A stretch of 45,988 bases of DNA from contig JAFGSO010000075.1 in the NCBI GenBank assembly GCA_016934605.1, forward strand, positions 1 to 45,988, read 5' to 3'. A program made the position numbers and the translations under genes. Under the pieces are notes generated by a model. It had not been told where the DNA came from and searched no databases. It saw only the letters and a list, made by a program, of their open reading frames with translations. Every line of letters starts with the position of its first letter. Positions within the stretch are counted from its first letter, which is position 1. Positions 28,349 through 37,710 of this stretch are shown piece by piece. The stretch comes from Calditrichota bacterium (GTDB lineage: Bacteria; Calditrichota; Calditrichia; RBG-13-44-9).

Positions 28349-30246
28349 AGTTTTCCCTTCCGATCGCTAACTTCCTGAGGTTCTATAAATCCCGGATAAA
28401 TACTGAACAGATCCCATATCCCGTCCAGCATCGAAGCCAGTTCCAGGCGGACCAGTGTTCTTTCTTTATGAAAATTATGATCGTCAGCCCAGTGCTCAGT
28501 CCATTTCATTTCATGGAAATACTGTATAGACAGAAAAGATTCATCATCAGGTTGAACGTCTTTATAGTACGATTTAATACTCCCGGGTTTCGGTTCGGCT
28601 ATCACCCTCCACAGCGTTTCTAACGCTTCGCCGCGGCTGATTACCTTTTTCTGATTCATTTTCTCGATATCCACAAAATCCGATACGGCTTTAGGTATCA
28701 GTGCGGCGAGGCAAGTTAAGAATTCTTTACCTGATAAATTTTTTAAAGGATAGAACCGCATTTCATTTGCCCAGCCTTTGGGAATTCCCCTGCCCTTCAG
28801 CAGTCCACATACTGCCACCTTCTGTACCGCTTGGAAGAACCAGTCCCCAGGTGACACATCCCGGAACGGCATCAGCCAGCATCCGGCATTCAGAAGATTC
28901 TGCTGCAGTACCCTCAGCGGGATTTCCCGGGGTTCAACTCCTCCTTCCACACAGACGGCTGCTGCTGCGCCTGCCGCCTGACCGATCAGCATCACAGTTG
29001 GCTGTAATCGTGTGGTCCCATTTACCAGGTGAGTAACCGAGATACTTTTTTCGGCTACAAGAAGCCCGTCAATTCTTTCCGGGACCAGGCATCCGTAAGG
29101 CACTGTGAAAGCCGGAATCCGGGGAAATTTTTCCTCAATCTGTTTCGGTGCTTTCTGATGATGATGATCCAGGGGATAATCTCCCACGGCTATGCCACTT
29201 TGATAAAGGGGGCGGTTTCGATACCTGTACGGATATTTTAAATCAGGAACTGTGAGTTGCACTATCCCTTTCAGGCGCCTGCTTTCACGGTTGTAGGGAA
29301 TAAATGGGAGATTGTCCCTTGTCTCAAATTCGTCTTCAGCCAGGCCAAAATTGCGAAATCCGCCTCTCGTCTGAATGAAATAAATCCAGCCAAGAGTGAA
29401 ATTTTTTGCTTTTTGTAATTCCCGTTTTCGTTCATCCCTGCTTTGAGAAATGACATTCAGATAATAATCGTTTCCATTGACCGGCCAGTTCACCATGAAC
29501 TTATTATTGGGCAAACGCCCATAATTCAGCATGGTCTGAGCATCCACTACATCCCGCCCGGGATCATCGCACAATTCTCTGCAGGTACAGTTATAGGCGT
29601 GCTGATGGTAATCCGGCGGCTGCCTGATAGTCTTATCCGCTCCCGCGCCATAATCTTTCAGAATTGCCACATAGGTAATATCCTGGATAATATCGTCTGC
29701 CTCACGCGGTGCACCTTCCTCTCCGGTATCACAGATGGAATCACGTCCTATGTGGTAATCACATCCGGCCATGGCCAGTATATCACCATATTCCGTGGCA
29801 TCGATAGTGATGGTAGCCGTAATCTGAATTATTTCATTTTTTTCATTTTCAAATACAACATCTGTTACTCTTTTTTTATTTTTCAAAATCTTGACCGGCC
29901 AGTAACCGTGAATCACATCAATATTCTTTTCCGCATCCACCATTTCACGAAAAATCCGTTCACCCACATGTGGTTCAAAACTGGTATTACTTACCCATCC
30001 GGTTGCCACTGCATCTGCTCCGCCATAGTAGTCATATAATTTTTTTCTGAATTCTCCCCAGAGACCGGAGGGGAGATTATGATTGCCATCGGTGCAACTC
30101 ACGCCTGCCGCAGTCAACATACCTCCCAGCCAGGGCGTCTCTTCCACCAGTATACAGTGTACTCCGCTTCTGGCTGCCTGTATAGCTGCGCAGACTCCGC
30201 CCGTTCCACCTCCTGCTACTAAAACAGATGTTTTCAATTTTTTCAT
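28345..30246 (-). CDS. FAD-dependent oxidoreductase (PF12831-like) with ~180-aa C-terminal extension
   Basis: 633-aa ORF. The N-terminus has a dinucleotide-binding motif, VLVAGGGTGGVCAAIQAARSG. No signal peptide. Confidence 0.65.
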   Translation of the reverse strand: MKKLKTSVLVAGGGTGGVCAAIQAARSGVHCILVEETPWLGGMLTAAGVSCTDGNHNLPSGLWGEFRKKLYDYYGGADAVATGWVSNTSFEPHVGERIFREMVDAEKNIDVIHGYWPVKILKNKKRVTDVVFENEKNEIIQITATITIDATEYGDILAMAGCDYHIGRDSICDTGEEGAPREADDIIQDITYVAILKDYGAGADKTIRQPPDYHQHAYNCTCRELCDDPGRDVVDAQTMLNYGRLPNNKFMVNWPVNGNDYYLNVISQSRDERKRELQKAKNFTLGWIYFIQTRGGFRNFGLAEDEFETRDNLPFIPYNRESRRLKGIVQLTVPDLKYPYRYRNRPLYQSGIAVGDYPLDHHHQKAPKQIEEKFPRIPAFTVPYGCLVPERIDGLLVAEKSISVTHLVNGTTRLQPTVMLIGQAAGAAAAVCVEGGVEPREIPLRVLQQNLLNAGCWLMPFRDVSPGDWFFQAVQKVAVCGLLKGRGIPKGWANEMRFYPLKNLSGKEFLTCLAALIPKAVSDFVDIEKMNQKKVISRGEALETLWRVIAEPKPGSIKSYYKDVQPDDESFLSIQYFHEMKWTEHWADDHNFHKERTLVRLELASMLDGIWDLFSIYPGFIEPQEVSDRKGKL

Positions 30247-30254
30247 GGAAAAAA

Positions 30255-30264
30255 GTTAATTAAC
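30255..30264. promoter_or_regulatory. Perfect palindrome GTTAATTAAC in the divergent control region (candidate operator)
   Basis: Read directly 9-18 nt upstream of the FAD-oxidoreductase ATG (30246) and about 105 nt upstream of the permease start. A TAACT half-site follows at 30273-30277. Confidence 0.25.
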
Positions 30265-30369
30265 CTCTCTTACTAACTCTTTTTCAGCTTGATAAACCAA
30301 TCCATCATGTTTTATATTCATGAAGTTTTGTGATATTATTACCAATTCCACATAAAATATACGACTTTG

Positions 30370-31845
30370 ATGGAAATTTTTCAAATCATTCTATTCATCA
30401 CCGTATTTTTAGTCATTGCGCTGGCCATGTTCTTCCGGAAAATCCCGGCGGTGATTGCTCTTCCGCTGATGGCTTTTATAATTCCTCTTATTGGTGGAGT
30501 ATCCCTTACCGATACGATTCAGCTGGTGGTGGGCGAAGGTTCTCTAAAGCTGCACAACGCCTATACGGTGGCTCTTTTTGGAAGCATGCTCAGTATCCTT
30601 CTTCAGAAAACCGGCGTGGCTGAAAATTTTATCAAAATCGGGGCAGAACTGGCCGGTGATAATCCCTGGATCATTGCCGTGATCATGCTTTCACTTATTA
30701 CCATGCTGTTTACTACGCTGGGCGGACTGGGGGCAATTATCATGGTAGCCACCATCGTACTCCCCATCATGTCCTCCGTGGGTATAGGCCCTATGACGGT
30801 TGTGGGAGTTTTTCTTTTTGGTCTCAGTATGGGCGGCATACTCAATGCCGGAAACTGGGCGGTATATGTAGACGTGATGGGTTTAACACTGGATCAGATT
30901 CGTCCGTTTGCCCTAATCATGTTCGGGCTCACATTTATCACCTCACTGGTTTACCTGACAGTTCAGATTTACCGGGACGGTCATGAGCTCAATTTCACAC
31001 GCATCATCATCGTCAGCTCAATTGTCTTCACCATACTGCTGGTATTGTATATCATGTATTCACTCTTACCCATAGAAACACAGCAGATGCTAAAATCATG
31101 GATCAATTTTACCGGACTTATCCTAAAATATATGATCGGTACGGGAATTTCTCTGTTATTCATCATCAATATCATCCGCATTTTTATCAGGAAGAAACAG
31201 GAACTTGCGGCAATTCACTGGACTGCTTATTTCACGCCGCTTATTCCTCTTTTTCTGATTCTGATATTCAGCATGAATTTTATCGCGGCATTTATCTGCG
31301 GGCTGGTATATGGCTTCATGTCCACTTACCGCAAGGGAAGCCTGAACATGTTCATTCAATCTGTTTTTGAAGGAGGAGCCGTGGTTATGCCGGCAGTTGT
31401 CCTGATGCTGGGAATCGGCATGCTGCTGAATGCCATTATCGGACCCGGTGAGAGCTGGAGCCGCTTTCATGCTGAGGGCTGGCCGGTATTGAATCTGCTG
31501 AGACCTGTGATGATGGAAATTGTACCGGAACACGCTATCTCCTATGTGGTTATTTTCGGCCTGGCAGCTCCTCTGGCACTTTACCGCGGCCCGCTAAATG
31601 TCTGGGGAATGGGCTATGGCCTGGCGGCCGTTTTCCTGGCCAGCGGAATGAATGCCGGTGCCATCATGGGCCTGCTCCTGGCCGTGGGACAGGTTCAGGG
31701 AATCAGTGATCCCACCAATACTCATAATGTATGGCTGGCCAACGAAATGCAGCAGAATGTTCAGAAGATTTTGTGGAACACTATTCCTTATACCTGGTCT
31801 CTGGCATTTCTGGGTTTATTCTTTTCGGCGCTCATTTTCATGTAG
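30370..31845 (+). CDS. Polytopic membrane permease, ion-transporter superfamily-like (GntP/CitMHS/DcuC-type)
   Basis: About 491 aa from the ATG at 30370 (the ORF opens at a TTG at 30367). It has at least 10 hydrophobic segments and Gly-rich stretches (LGGLGAIIMVATIVLPIM). The family assignment is tentative. Confidence 0.45.
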   Translation: MEIFQIILFITVFLVIALAMFFRKIPAVIALPLMAFIIPLIGGVSLTDTIQLVVGEGSLKLHNAYTVALFGSMLSILLQKTGVAENFIKIGAELAGDNPWIIAVIMLSLITMLFTTLGGLGAIIMVATIVLPIMSSVGIGPMTVVGVFLFGLSMGGILNAGNWAVYVDVMGLTLDQIRPFALIMFGLTFITSLVYLTVQIYRDGHELNFTRIIIVSSIVFTILLVLYIMYSLLPIETQQMLKSWINFTGLILKYMIGTGISLLFIINIIRIFIRKKQELAAIHWTAYFTPLIPLFLILIFSMNFIAAFICGLVYGFMSTYRKGSLNMFIQSVFEGGAVVMPAVVLMLGIGMLLNAIIGPGESWSRFHAEGWPVLNLLRPVMMEIVPEHAISYVVIFGLAAPLALYRGPLNVWGMGYGLAAVFLASGMNAGAIMGLLLAVGQVQGISDPTNTHNVWLANEMQQNVQKILWNTIPYTWSLAFLGLFFSALIFM

Positions 31846-31873
31846 AGACTACTAATCTTTATGCAATCAATCA

Positions 31874-34033
31874 ATGAAGCGAAAAATTAAAATCGGTATT
31901 GATGTCGGCGGCACATTTACTCATGCGGTTGCGGTGGATATTGCAGATTATGAGATTGTGGGAAAGGAATGTGTTCCCACAACTCATACGGCCGAAGAAG
32001 GGGTAGCACGGGGAGTAGTCGATTCCCTCCAACTGCTGCTGAAAAATTCGCAAATAGATCCCTCTGAGATCATTCTGATTGCCCATTCGACCACTCAGGC
32101 AACCAATGCCCTGCTGGAGGGTGATGTGGCTCATGTAGGCATCATCGGCATGGGAAAAGGATTGCAGGGCAAAATTGCCCGCCGGGAGAGCAATCCGGGC
32201 AATATTGAACTTTCTCCGGGAAAATTTCTGAAAACCAGTCACCGGTTTCTGGACAGCAGTGAATCAATTTCTCGCGCTCAGGTAGAATCGGCAATCCGGG
32301 AAATGGCTGAAGAGGGAGCCACCGTGATTGTAGCTTCCGAAGCCTTTGGAGTAGATGATCCTGCCAACGAAGAAAAGGTGGTTCGAATAGCAGCTGATAT
32401 GAAATTTCTGACCACCACTGCCAGTCACATATCAAAGCTGTATGGATTGAGGGTTCGTACTCGCACCGCAGTGATCAATGCCAGCATGATGCCCCGTATG
32501 TTGGAGACCGCCAATATGACGGAGGAATCCGTACGTAAAAGCGGCATCGAGGCGCCTTTGATGATCATGCGCTCGGACGGTGGCATCATGGATATCAATG
32601 AAATGCGAAAACGGCCGATACTTACCATGTTGTCCGGTCCGGCTGCCGGAATTGCTGCCGCTCTGATGTATGCTAAAATCTCAGATGGTATTTTCCTGGA
32701 AGTGGGAGGAACTTCAACCGACATCTCCGTAATCAGAAATGGTAAACCTCAGGTGAAAAGCGCCCAGATAGGAGGTCACCGGCTCTATCTACGTACTCTG
32801 GATGTCCGTACAGTGGGTATCGCCGGTGGATCCATGCCCAGGATGAATGGAGATGAAATCGTCGATGTCGGACCACGGAGTGCTCATATTGCCAATCTGG
32901 GCTATATCAGTTTCAGCGGTGAGCAAGACTTTGATGATATGGAGCTGAAAACCATTCAACCGCTCCAGAACGACCCGGATGACTATCTGGCTGTCTGTCA
33001 CAAAGGAGATTCCACGCCCCGTTACACCATCACGCCGACGGGTGCGGCTAATTTTCTGGGATATGTAAAGGAAAAAGGACACGGACTGGCCAATATGACC
33101 GCCCTGAAGAATTTTTTCAGAATTCTATCGGTTAAATTGAATCAGACGGAAGAGGAAATCGCCCGGCGTATTCTGATAATCTCAGCCGAAAAAATTGAAC
33201 CGACTCTCAAACAATTGATCAGGGAATACAAACTCGATCCGGAACTGGTTCAACTGGTAGGAGGTGGCGGTGGAGCACCCGCACTAGTTCCCTTCACCGG
33301 TGAATACCTGGGTTTTAATTCCCGCATTGCTCAGAATGCGGAAGTTATTTCAGCCATCGGAGCAGCTCTTGGCATTATTCGCGATTCTGTGGAAAGAAGT
33401 ATCGTAAATCCCACTGATTCCGATCTTATTTCCATCCGGCAGGAAGCTATTGAGTCAGTACAAACCATGGGAGCAGTACCGGAAAGTATTGAAGTGAGTA
33501 TTGAGGTGGATACTCGTAACAAACGAGTGATAGCGGTGGCAACCGGTTCCAGCGAAATGCGTTCGAAAGAGCCAGGCATCAGGAAGCTATCTGAATCCGA
33601 AATCAGGGAAATTGCCGCTGCATCACTCAAAGTGGATCCAGATGCAGTTGAAATGAAGCAAAAGACTAGCTTCCTTTATGCGATCACCCTGTTGCAGACT
33701 GAAAAAAAGCTGTTCGGACTGATTCGTAATGAAATTCAGAAGGTGCGGGTGGTAGATCAGGAAGGAGTTATCCGGTTGCAGATCAACGACTGCGTGGTGA
33801 AGCAGGGAGAAGCCGGTACCGTAAAACAGACCATTACAGATGTTATAAATGAGCTGACAACCTACGGTGATGCCGGAGCGCTGGTTCCGGATATTTTTTT
33901 GCTGGTTTCCGCCAAAATTGTGGATATGAGCGGGCTGGTGCAGGAAAAGCAGATTGTGACCATGGCCGACATTGAGCTGAAAAAAGCTCCGCCATCTGAG
34001 CCGGTGATCCTGATCGGTGCCCAGAAAAAATAG
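31874..34033 (+). CDS. Hydantoinase/oxoprolinase family protein (HyuA-like, ASKHA fold)
   Basis: 719-aa ORF with [16 protein letters not shown] at the N-terminus, then [11 protein letters not shown] and [10 protein letters not shown] blocks typical of hydantoinase A. No HyuB partner is present in the window. Confidence 0.7.
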   Translation: MKRKIKIGIDVGGTFTHAVAVDIADYEIVGKECVPTTHTAEEGVARGVVDSLQLLLKNSQIDPSEIILIAHSTTQATNALLEGDVAHVGIIGMGKGLQGKIARRESNPGNIELSPGKFLKTSHRFLDSSESISRAQVESAIREMAEEGATVIVASEAFGVDDPANEEKVVRIAADMKFLTTTASHISKLYGLRVRTRTAVINASMMPRMLETANMTEESVRKSGIEAPLMIMRSDGGIMDINEMRKRPILTMLSGPAAGIAAALMYAKISDGIFLEVGGTSTDISVIRNGKPQVKSAQIGGHRLYLRTLDVRTVGIAGGSMPRMNGDEIVDVGPRSAHIANLGYISFSGEQDFDDMELKTIQPLQNDPDDYLAVCHKGDSTPRYTITPTGAANFLGYVKEKGHGLANMTALKNFFRILSVKLNQTEEEIARRILIISAEKIEPTLKQLIREYKLDPELVQLVGGGGGAPALVPFTGEYLGFNSRIAQNAEVISAIGAALGIIRDSVERSIVNPTDSDLISIRQEAIESVQTMGAVPESIEVSIEVDTRNKRVIAVATGSSEMRSKEPGIRKLSESEIREIAAASLKVDPDAVEMKQKTSFLYAITLLQTEKKLFGLIRNEIQKVRVVDQEGVIRLQINDCVVKQGEAGTVKQTITDVINELTTYGDAGALVPDIFLLVSAKIVDMSGLVQEKQIVTMADIELKKAPPSEPVILIGAQKK

Positions 34034-34066
34034 AAATATCGGCGGATAAAAAAAGAGGGTGTAGAA

Positions 34067-34304
34067 CATAGAGCTAAAAGAAAGAAAAAAGGATAAAGGA
34101 AAATGGATAATGGATAATGGGTAATGGGTAAAGACAAGAGATTCACGAATTTTCCTGAAGACCATTTTGTTGCGGGGAGAATGACATTCAGAATTTGCTG
34201 ATATCATTCTGGTCGTAAAATTTTTCTCGCATTAAAAATACCTATCTTCTAACTTTTAACCCTTTATCCTTTCGCCCTTATCCTTTTAGCCTCACATCTC
34301 TATG
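34067..34304. repeat. ~240-bp imperfect palindromic intergenic element built from heptamer tracts
   Basis: The arms are mirror-ordered. CATAGAG (34067) pairs with CTCTATG (34298). GCTAAAAG (34073) pairs with CTTTTAGC (34283). GGATAAAGG (34091) pairs with CCTTTATCC (34261). The left arm carries six 7-bp units (GGATAAA GGAAAAT GGATAAT GGATAAT GGGTAAT GGGTAAA) at 34091-34132. Confidence 0.8.
34141..34153 (+). promoter_or_regulatory. Motif ATTCACGAATTTT upstream of the HGSNAT-like operon
   Basis: This exact 13-mer recurs upstream of the symporter, in the same orientation relative to the gene (45896-45884 on the minus strand). Its core ATTC-N2-GAAT is an inverted repeat. Confidence 0.3.
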
Positions 34305-34355
34305 CTCTTTGCACCAACTTTCATCAAATCCGGAAACAAAAAAATTATTTGCTCC

Positions 34356-35789
34356 ATGAATAGATCTGATAATCAGTCACTCACAGCGCCGACCGCCCGA
34401 AGGGCCCTCAGTCTGGATGCCTTGCGAGGTTTTGCCATCCTGACCATGGTTCTTTCAGGCGTCATTCCCTATGGCATCCTGCCCTCCTGGATGTATCACG
34501 CTCAGCTTCCGCCCCCGGATCATCACTTCAATCCCGGTCTTCCGGGGCTTACCTGGGTAGATTTAGTTTTTCCGCTTTTTCTCTTTGCTCTGGGTGCTGC
34601 CATTCCTTTGGCTCTCTCCAGAAGACTCGAAAAAGGACAATCCTATCTGTCTATCCTGAAGTACATTCTGGAACGGGGATTTCTTCTGGGATTTTTTGCC
34701 ATTTTTCTTCGCCACGTCCGTCCGCATGTGCTGGATAATACACCCGAATCCGCAGACTGGCTCATTGCACTGGCAGGATTCATGATCATGTTTGCCATAT
34801 TTACCCGCCTGCCGCATTCCTGGAAAAACTGGATCCGCTGGACTGTGAAAGGCCTTGGCTGGAGTGGTGCCATCATACTGCTGGTAACTCTCACCTATCC
34901 TGATGGAACCGGTTTTTCCCTTTACAGAAGCGATATCATTATCATAGTACTGACCAATGTTGCCGTGTTTGGTTCACTGATCTGGTTGTTAACAAGTCAC
35001 AGCATCTTGCTTCGGATGGGGATCCTGGGAATTCTGCTGGGTTTTCGCCTGGCCAGTCAACATGCTGGCTGGGTGCAATCGGTATGGGAATTTTCACCGG
35101 TTCCCTGGATTTATAAACTGTATTATCTTCAATACCTGTTCATCGTATTGCCCGGTACTGTGGCGGGCGAATTCTTTTTGAAATGGATGCAGTCCAACCA
35201 TAAAAAAAACTCCAGCTGGTCACCTGGCCGCTTCTCGGCTCTGGCCGTCCTGACGCTTCTCTGCATTATCATGCTTCTCGTCCTATTACAGGCCAGACTA
35301 TCGTGGCAGACTGCGGTTTTGACTATAATTCTATGTGTGGTGATTCGCTGGCTGGTCAGAAATCCGGTCAATGAAATGGAACAATTATTGAAATCTCTCT
35401 CAGAATGGGGGATTTATTTTCTGATCGCGGGATTGATTTTTGAACCATATGAAGGAGGAATTAAAAAGGATAAATCCACAGTGAGCTACTACCTGGTGAC
35501 TACCGGCATGTCTTTCTTTCTGCTGACTTTTTTTTCGGTGATTCTCGATCACTTCTCAGGGAAAAAATATCTGAAATTGCTGATTGATAATGGTCAGAAT
35601 CCCATGATCGCCTATGTGGGAATCGCCAACTTTATCTGGCCGGTACTGGGCTTACTGTCCCTCGATTCCTTCATTCTGCAGATCACTCCCGGCCCTTGGC
35701 TGGGTTTTCTGCGCGGTGTTTTCTATACTTTGCTACTGGCATTTATGGTTAGCATCATTACCCGGAATAAAATATACTGGAAAACATGA
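34356..35789 (+). CDS. Heparan-alpha-glucosaminide N-acetyltransferase-like membrane protein (DUF1624/DUF5009 family)
   Basis: The ORF is open from 34302, but that ATG lies inside the palindromic repeat arm, so the ATG at 34356 (MNRSDNQ...) is preferred. It has the signature LSLDALRGFAILTMVLSG and is polytopic throughout. Its stop overlaps the next start (ATGA at 35786-35789). Confidence 0.6.
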   Translation: MNRSDNQSLTAPTARRALSLDALRGFAILTMVLSGVIPYGILPSWMYHAQLPPPDHHFNPGLPGLTWVDLVFPLFLFALGAAIPLALSRRLEKGQSYLSILKYILERGFLLGFFAIFLRHVRPHVLDNTPESADWLIALAGFMIMFAIFTRLPHSWKNWIRWTVKGLGWSGAIILLVTLTYPDGTGFSLYRSDIIIIVLTNVAVFGSLIWLLTSHSILLRMGILGILLGFRLASQHAGWVQSVWEFSPVPWIYKLYYLQYLFIVLPGTVAGEFFLKWMQSNHKKNSSWSPGRFSALAVLTLLCIIMLLVLLQARLSWQTAVLTIILCVVIRWLVRNPVNEMEQLLKSLSEWGIYFLIAGLIFEPYEGGIKKDKSTVSYYLVTTGMSFFLLTFFSVILDHFSGKKYLKLLIDNGQNPMIAYVGIANFIWPVLGLLSLDSFILQITPGPWLGFLRGVFYTLLLAFMVSIITRNKIYWKT

Positions 35790-37438
35790 AAAAACTAGCT
35801 CTTACACTTTTACTTTTTTCAATTCTACTACTACCAAATGCTCTCTATCAGCAACAATCCGCCGAACTTCGCGCGGTAAAACTGACCAATGTGGACAGTA
35901 ATGTGCTTTTTTCCGATGAGGCCATCGCACGGGCCATGGATTACCTGGCCTCTATCGGCATCAATACCGTGATTACTGTTGTCTGGAACGGGCATAAAGC
36001 GGATGGGGTCTATACCATTTACCCCAGCTCGCTTATGGACAGTATTTTCGGACAGGCTATGATTCCAACTTTTGACCAGAATCGCGATCCTCTGCAGCGG
36101 GTAACCATTGAAGCACACCGTAACGGCATAGAAGTGCTTCCCTGGTTTGAGATGGGGTTTTCTTCCTCCTATTCCCAGAACGGAGGACATATTATCAGCC
36201 GATTTCCGCACTGGGCATTGAAAAATAACGCCGGCAATCTGGTCGTTAAAAACGGATTCGACTGGATGTCCGGTATCAATCCCGAGGTACAGAACCTGAT
36301 AACATCGCTGGTATTGGAAATCGCTGATAATTATGACATTGACGGAATTGAGTTTTCCGACCGAATTCCCGCCATGCCGGTTCAGGGAGGTTACGACTCC
36401 GTTACCATTGCTGTTTATCGCAATGAACATAACGGTAGTTATCCCCCGCAGGATTCAACCGATGCTGCCTGGATGCGCTGGCGAGCGGATAAATTAAGCG
36501 AATATAACCGATCAGTAAGGGATTCTCTGAGAATGTGCTCACCTCACCTGCTTTTTTCATCAAGTCCCAGTGTTTATCCCTGGTCCTACGGTGAATATCT
36601 TCAGGATTCCAAAACCTGGGTTGACTCCGGCCTGGTGGACAATATTATTCCGCAGCTGTACAGGGACAATATTTCCGAATATATCAATGAGCTGAATAGA
36701 TCTCTCAGTTACGTACCGGCCGGTAAACGAGACATATTTTTTGCCGAAGTTCTAATGAACAAAGGAAGTTATACCATCAGTCCCCAGTTTCTGCTACAGA
36801 CCCTTGAAGCCAATCGTCAGCGGAATGTGATGGGTGAGGCTTTTTTCTTCTACGAAGGATTGCGCAGGAATAACAATCTTCTGGGAGATACTCTCAAGGC
36901 TACTTACTATTCACAGCCTGCACTCTTGCCACACCGGAACAGTCAGGTCTGGCGCCCCAGAGCGATTATCGTGAATGAAGATGAAGCCGGAGCTGAAATT
37001 ACCGGTAACTGGACTGTCTCCGGCATTAACGGATTCAAGCCCAATATCCTGCTAATACAGGATACAACCTATGCATCTGTTACTTATAATATGACAGTTC
37101 CGGCCAGCGGCTGGTATGATGTATTTCCTTATGTGGTGACCGGCCCGCTTACCACAAAACAGGCAAAATATACCATTTATTCTTCCCGGGATTCAACTTC
37201 TGTTCTGTATGATCAGACGGATTTCTATAAGCGGGGGTGGCAACCTCTGCAAACGGTTTATCTGGAGGCTGGTTTGCAGAAAATTGTAAAAATTGATAAC
37301 TCGGCAATTCTCCCCGGAGATATTCTCACCGCCGATGCGGCTATGATTATGATTAACCGTAAATTATCACCTGACGTTATTTTTACCTCAGTGAATATGC
37401 CGGAGGAAAGGAGAACACCTGTTACAGCGACTTTTTAA
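35786..37438 (+). CDS. GHL10-family putative glycosidase, paralogue 3, with accessory module; ends at an in-frame TAA just before its sorting domain
   Basis: 550-aa ORF with a signal peptide. Blocks are LRAVKLTNVDS, LPWFEMGF, DGIEFSDRIP, WRADKLSEY and PQLYR. The TAA at 37436-37438 is followed in the same frame by an intact sorting domain. Confidence 0.8.
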   Translation: MKKLALTLLLFSILLLPNALYQQQSAELRAVKLTNVDSNVLFSDEAIARAMDYLASIGINTVITVVWNGHKADGVYTIYPSSLMDSIFGQAMIPTFDQNRDPLQRVTIEAHRNGIEVLPWFEMGFSSSYSQNGGHIISRFPHWALKNNAGNLVVKNGFDWMSGINPEVQNLITSLVLEIADNYDIDGIEFSDRIPAMPVQGGYDSVTIAVYRNEHNGSYPPQDSTDAAWMRWRADKLSEYNRSVRDSLRMCSPHLLFSSSPSVYPWSYGEYLQDSKTWVDSGLVDNIIPQLYRDNISEYINELNRSLSYVPAGKRDIFFAEVLMNKGSYTISPQFLLQTLEANRQRNVMGEAFFFYEGLRRNNNLLGDTLKATYYSQPALLPHRNSQVWRPRAIIVNEDEAGAEITGNWTVSGINGFKPNILLIQDTTYASVTYNMTVPASGWYDVFPYVVTGPLTTKQAKYTIYSSRDSTSVLYDQTDFYKRGWQPLQTVYLEAGLQKIVKIDNSAILPGDILTADAAMIMINRKLSPDVIFTSVNMPEERRTPVTATF

Positions 37439-37705
37439 CTTTATCAGAACTACCCCAATCCGTTTAACTCTTCAACTACTATTACATTCGAAATTCGAAC
37501 AAGCGGATCAGTAAAATTGGAAATATTCGACATCATCGGCCGAAAAATCCGTACGCTGCCCGATGAATACAAGGCAGTTGGTGTTTACAAAATCGACTGG
37601 GCCGGTCTCAACGGATCGGGACAGCCTGCTGCATCCGGGGTATACATTTACCGAATGCAGGCAGAAAGGCTGATTCAGTCGAAGAAAATGCTGATGGTGA
37701 AATGA
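37439..37705 (+). pseudogene. Orphaned T9SS C-terminal sorting domain, in frame with the upstream GHL10 gene
   Basis: In the frame of 35786-37438 it reads [40 protein letters not shown]...GVYIYRMQAERLIQSKKMLMVK then TGA. There is no plausible independent start apart from a TTG at 37517. Confidence 0.8.
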
Positions 37706-37710
37706 ATGAA

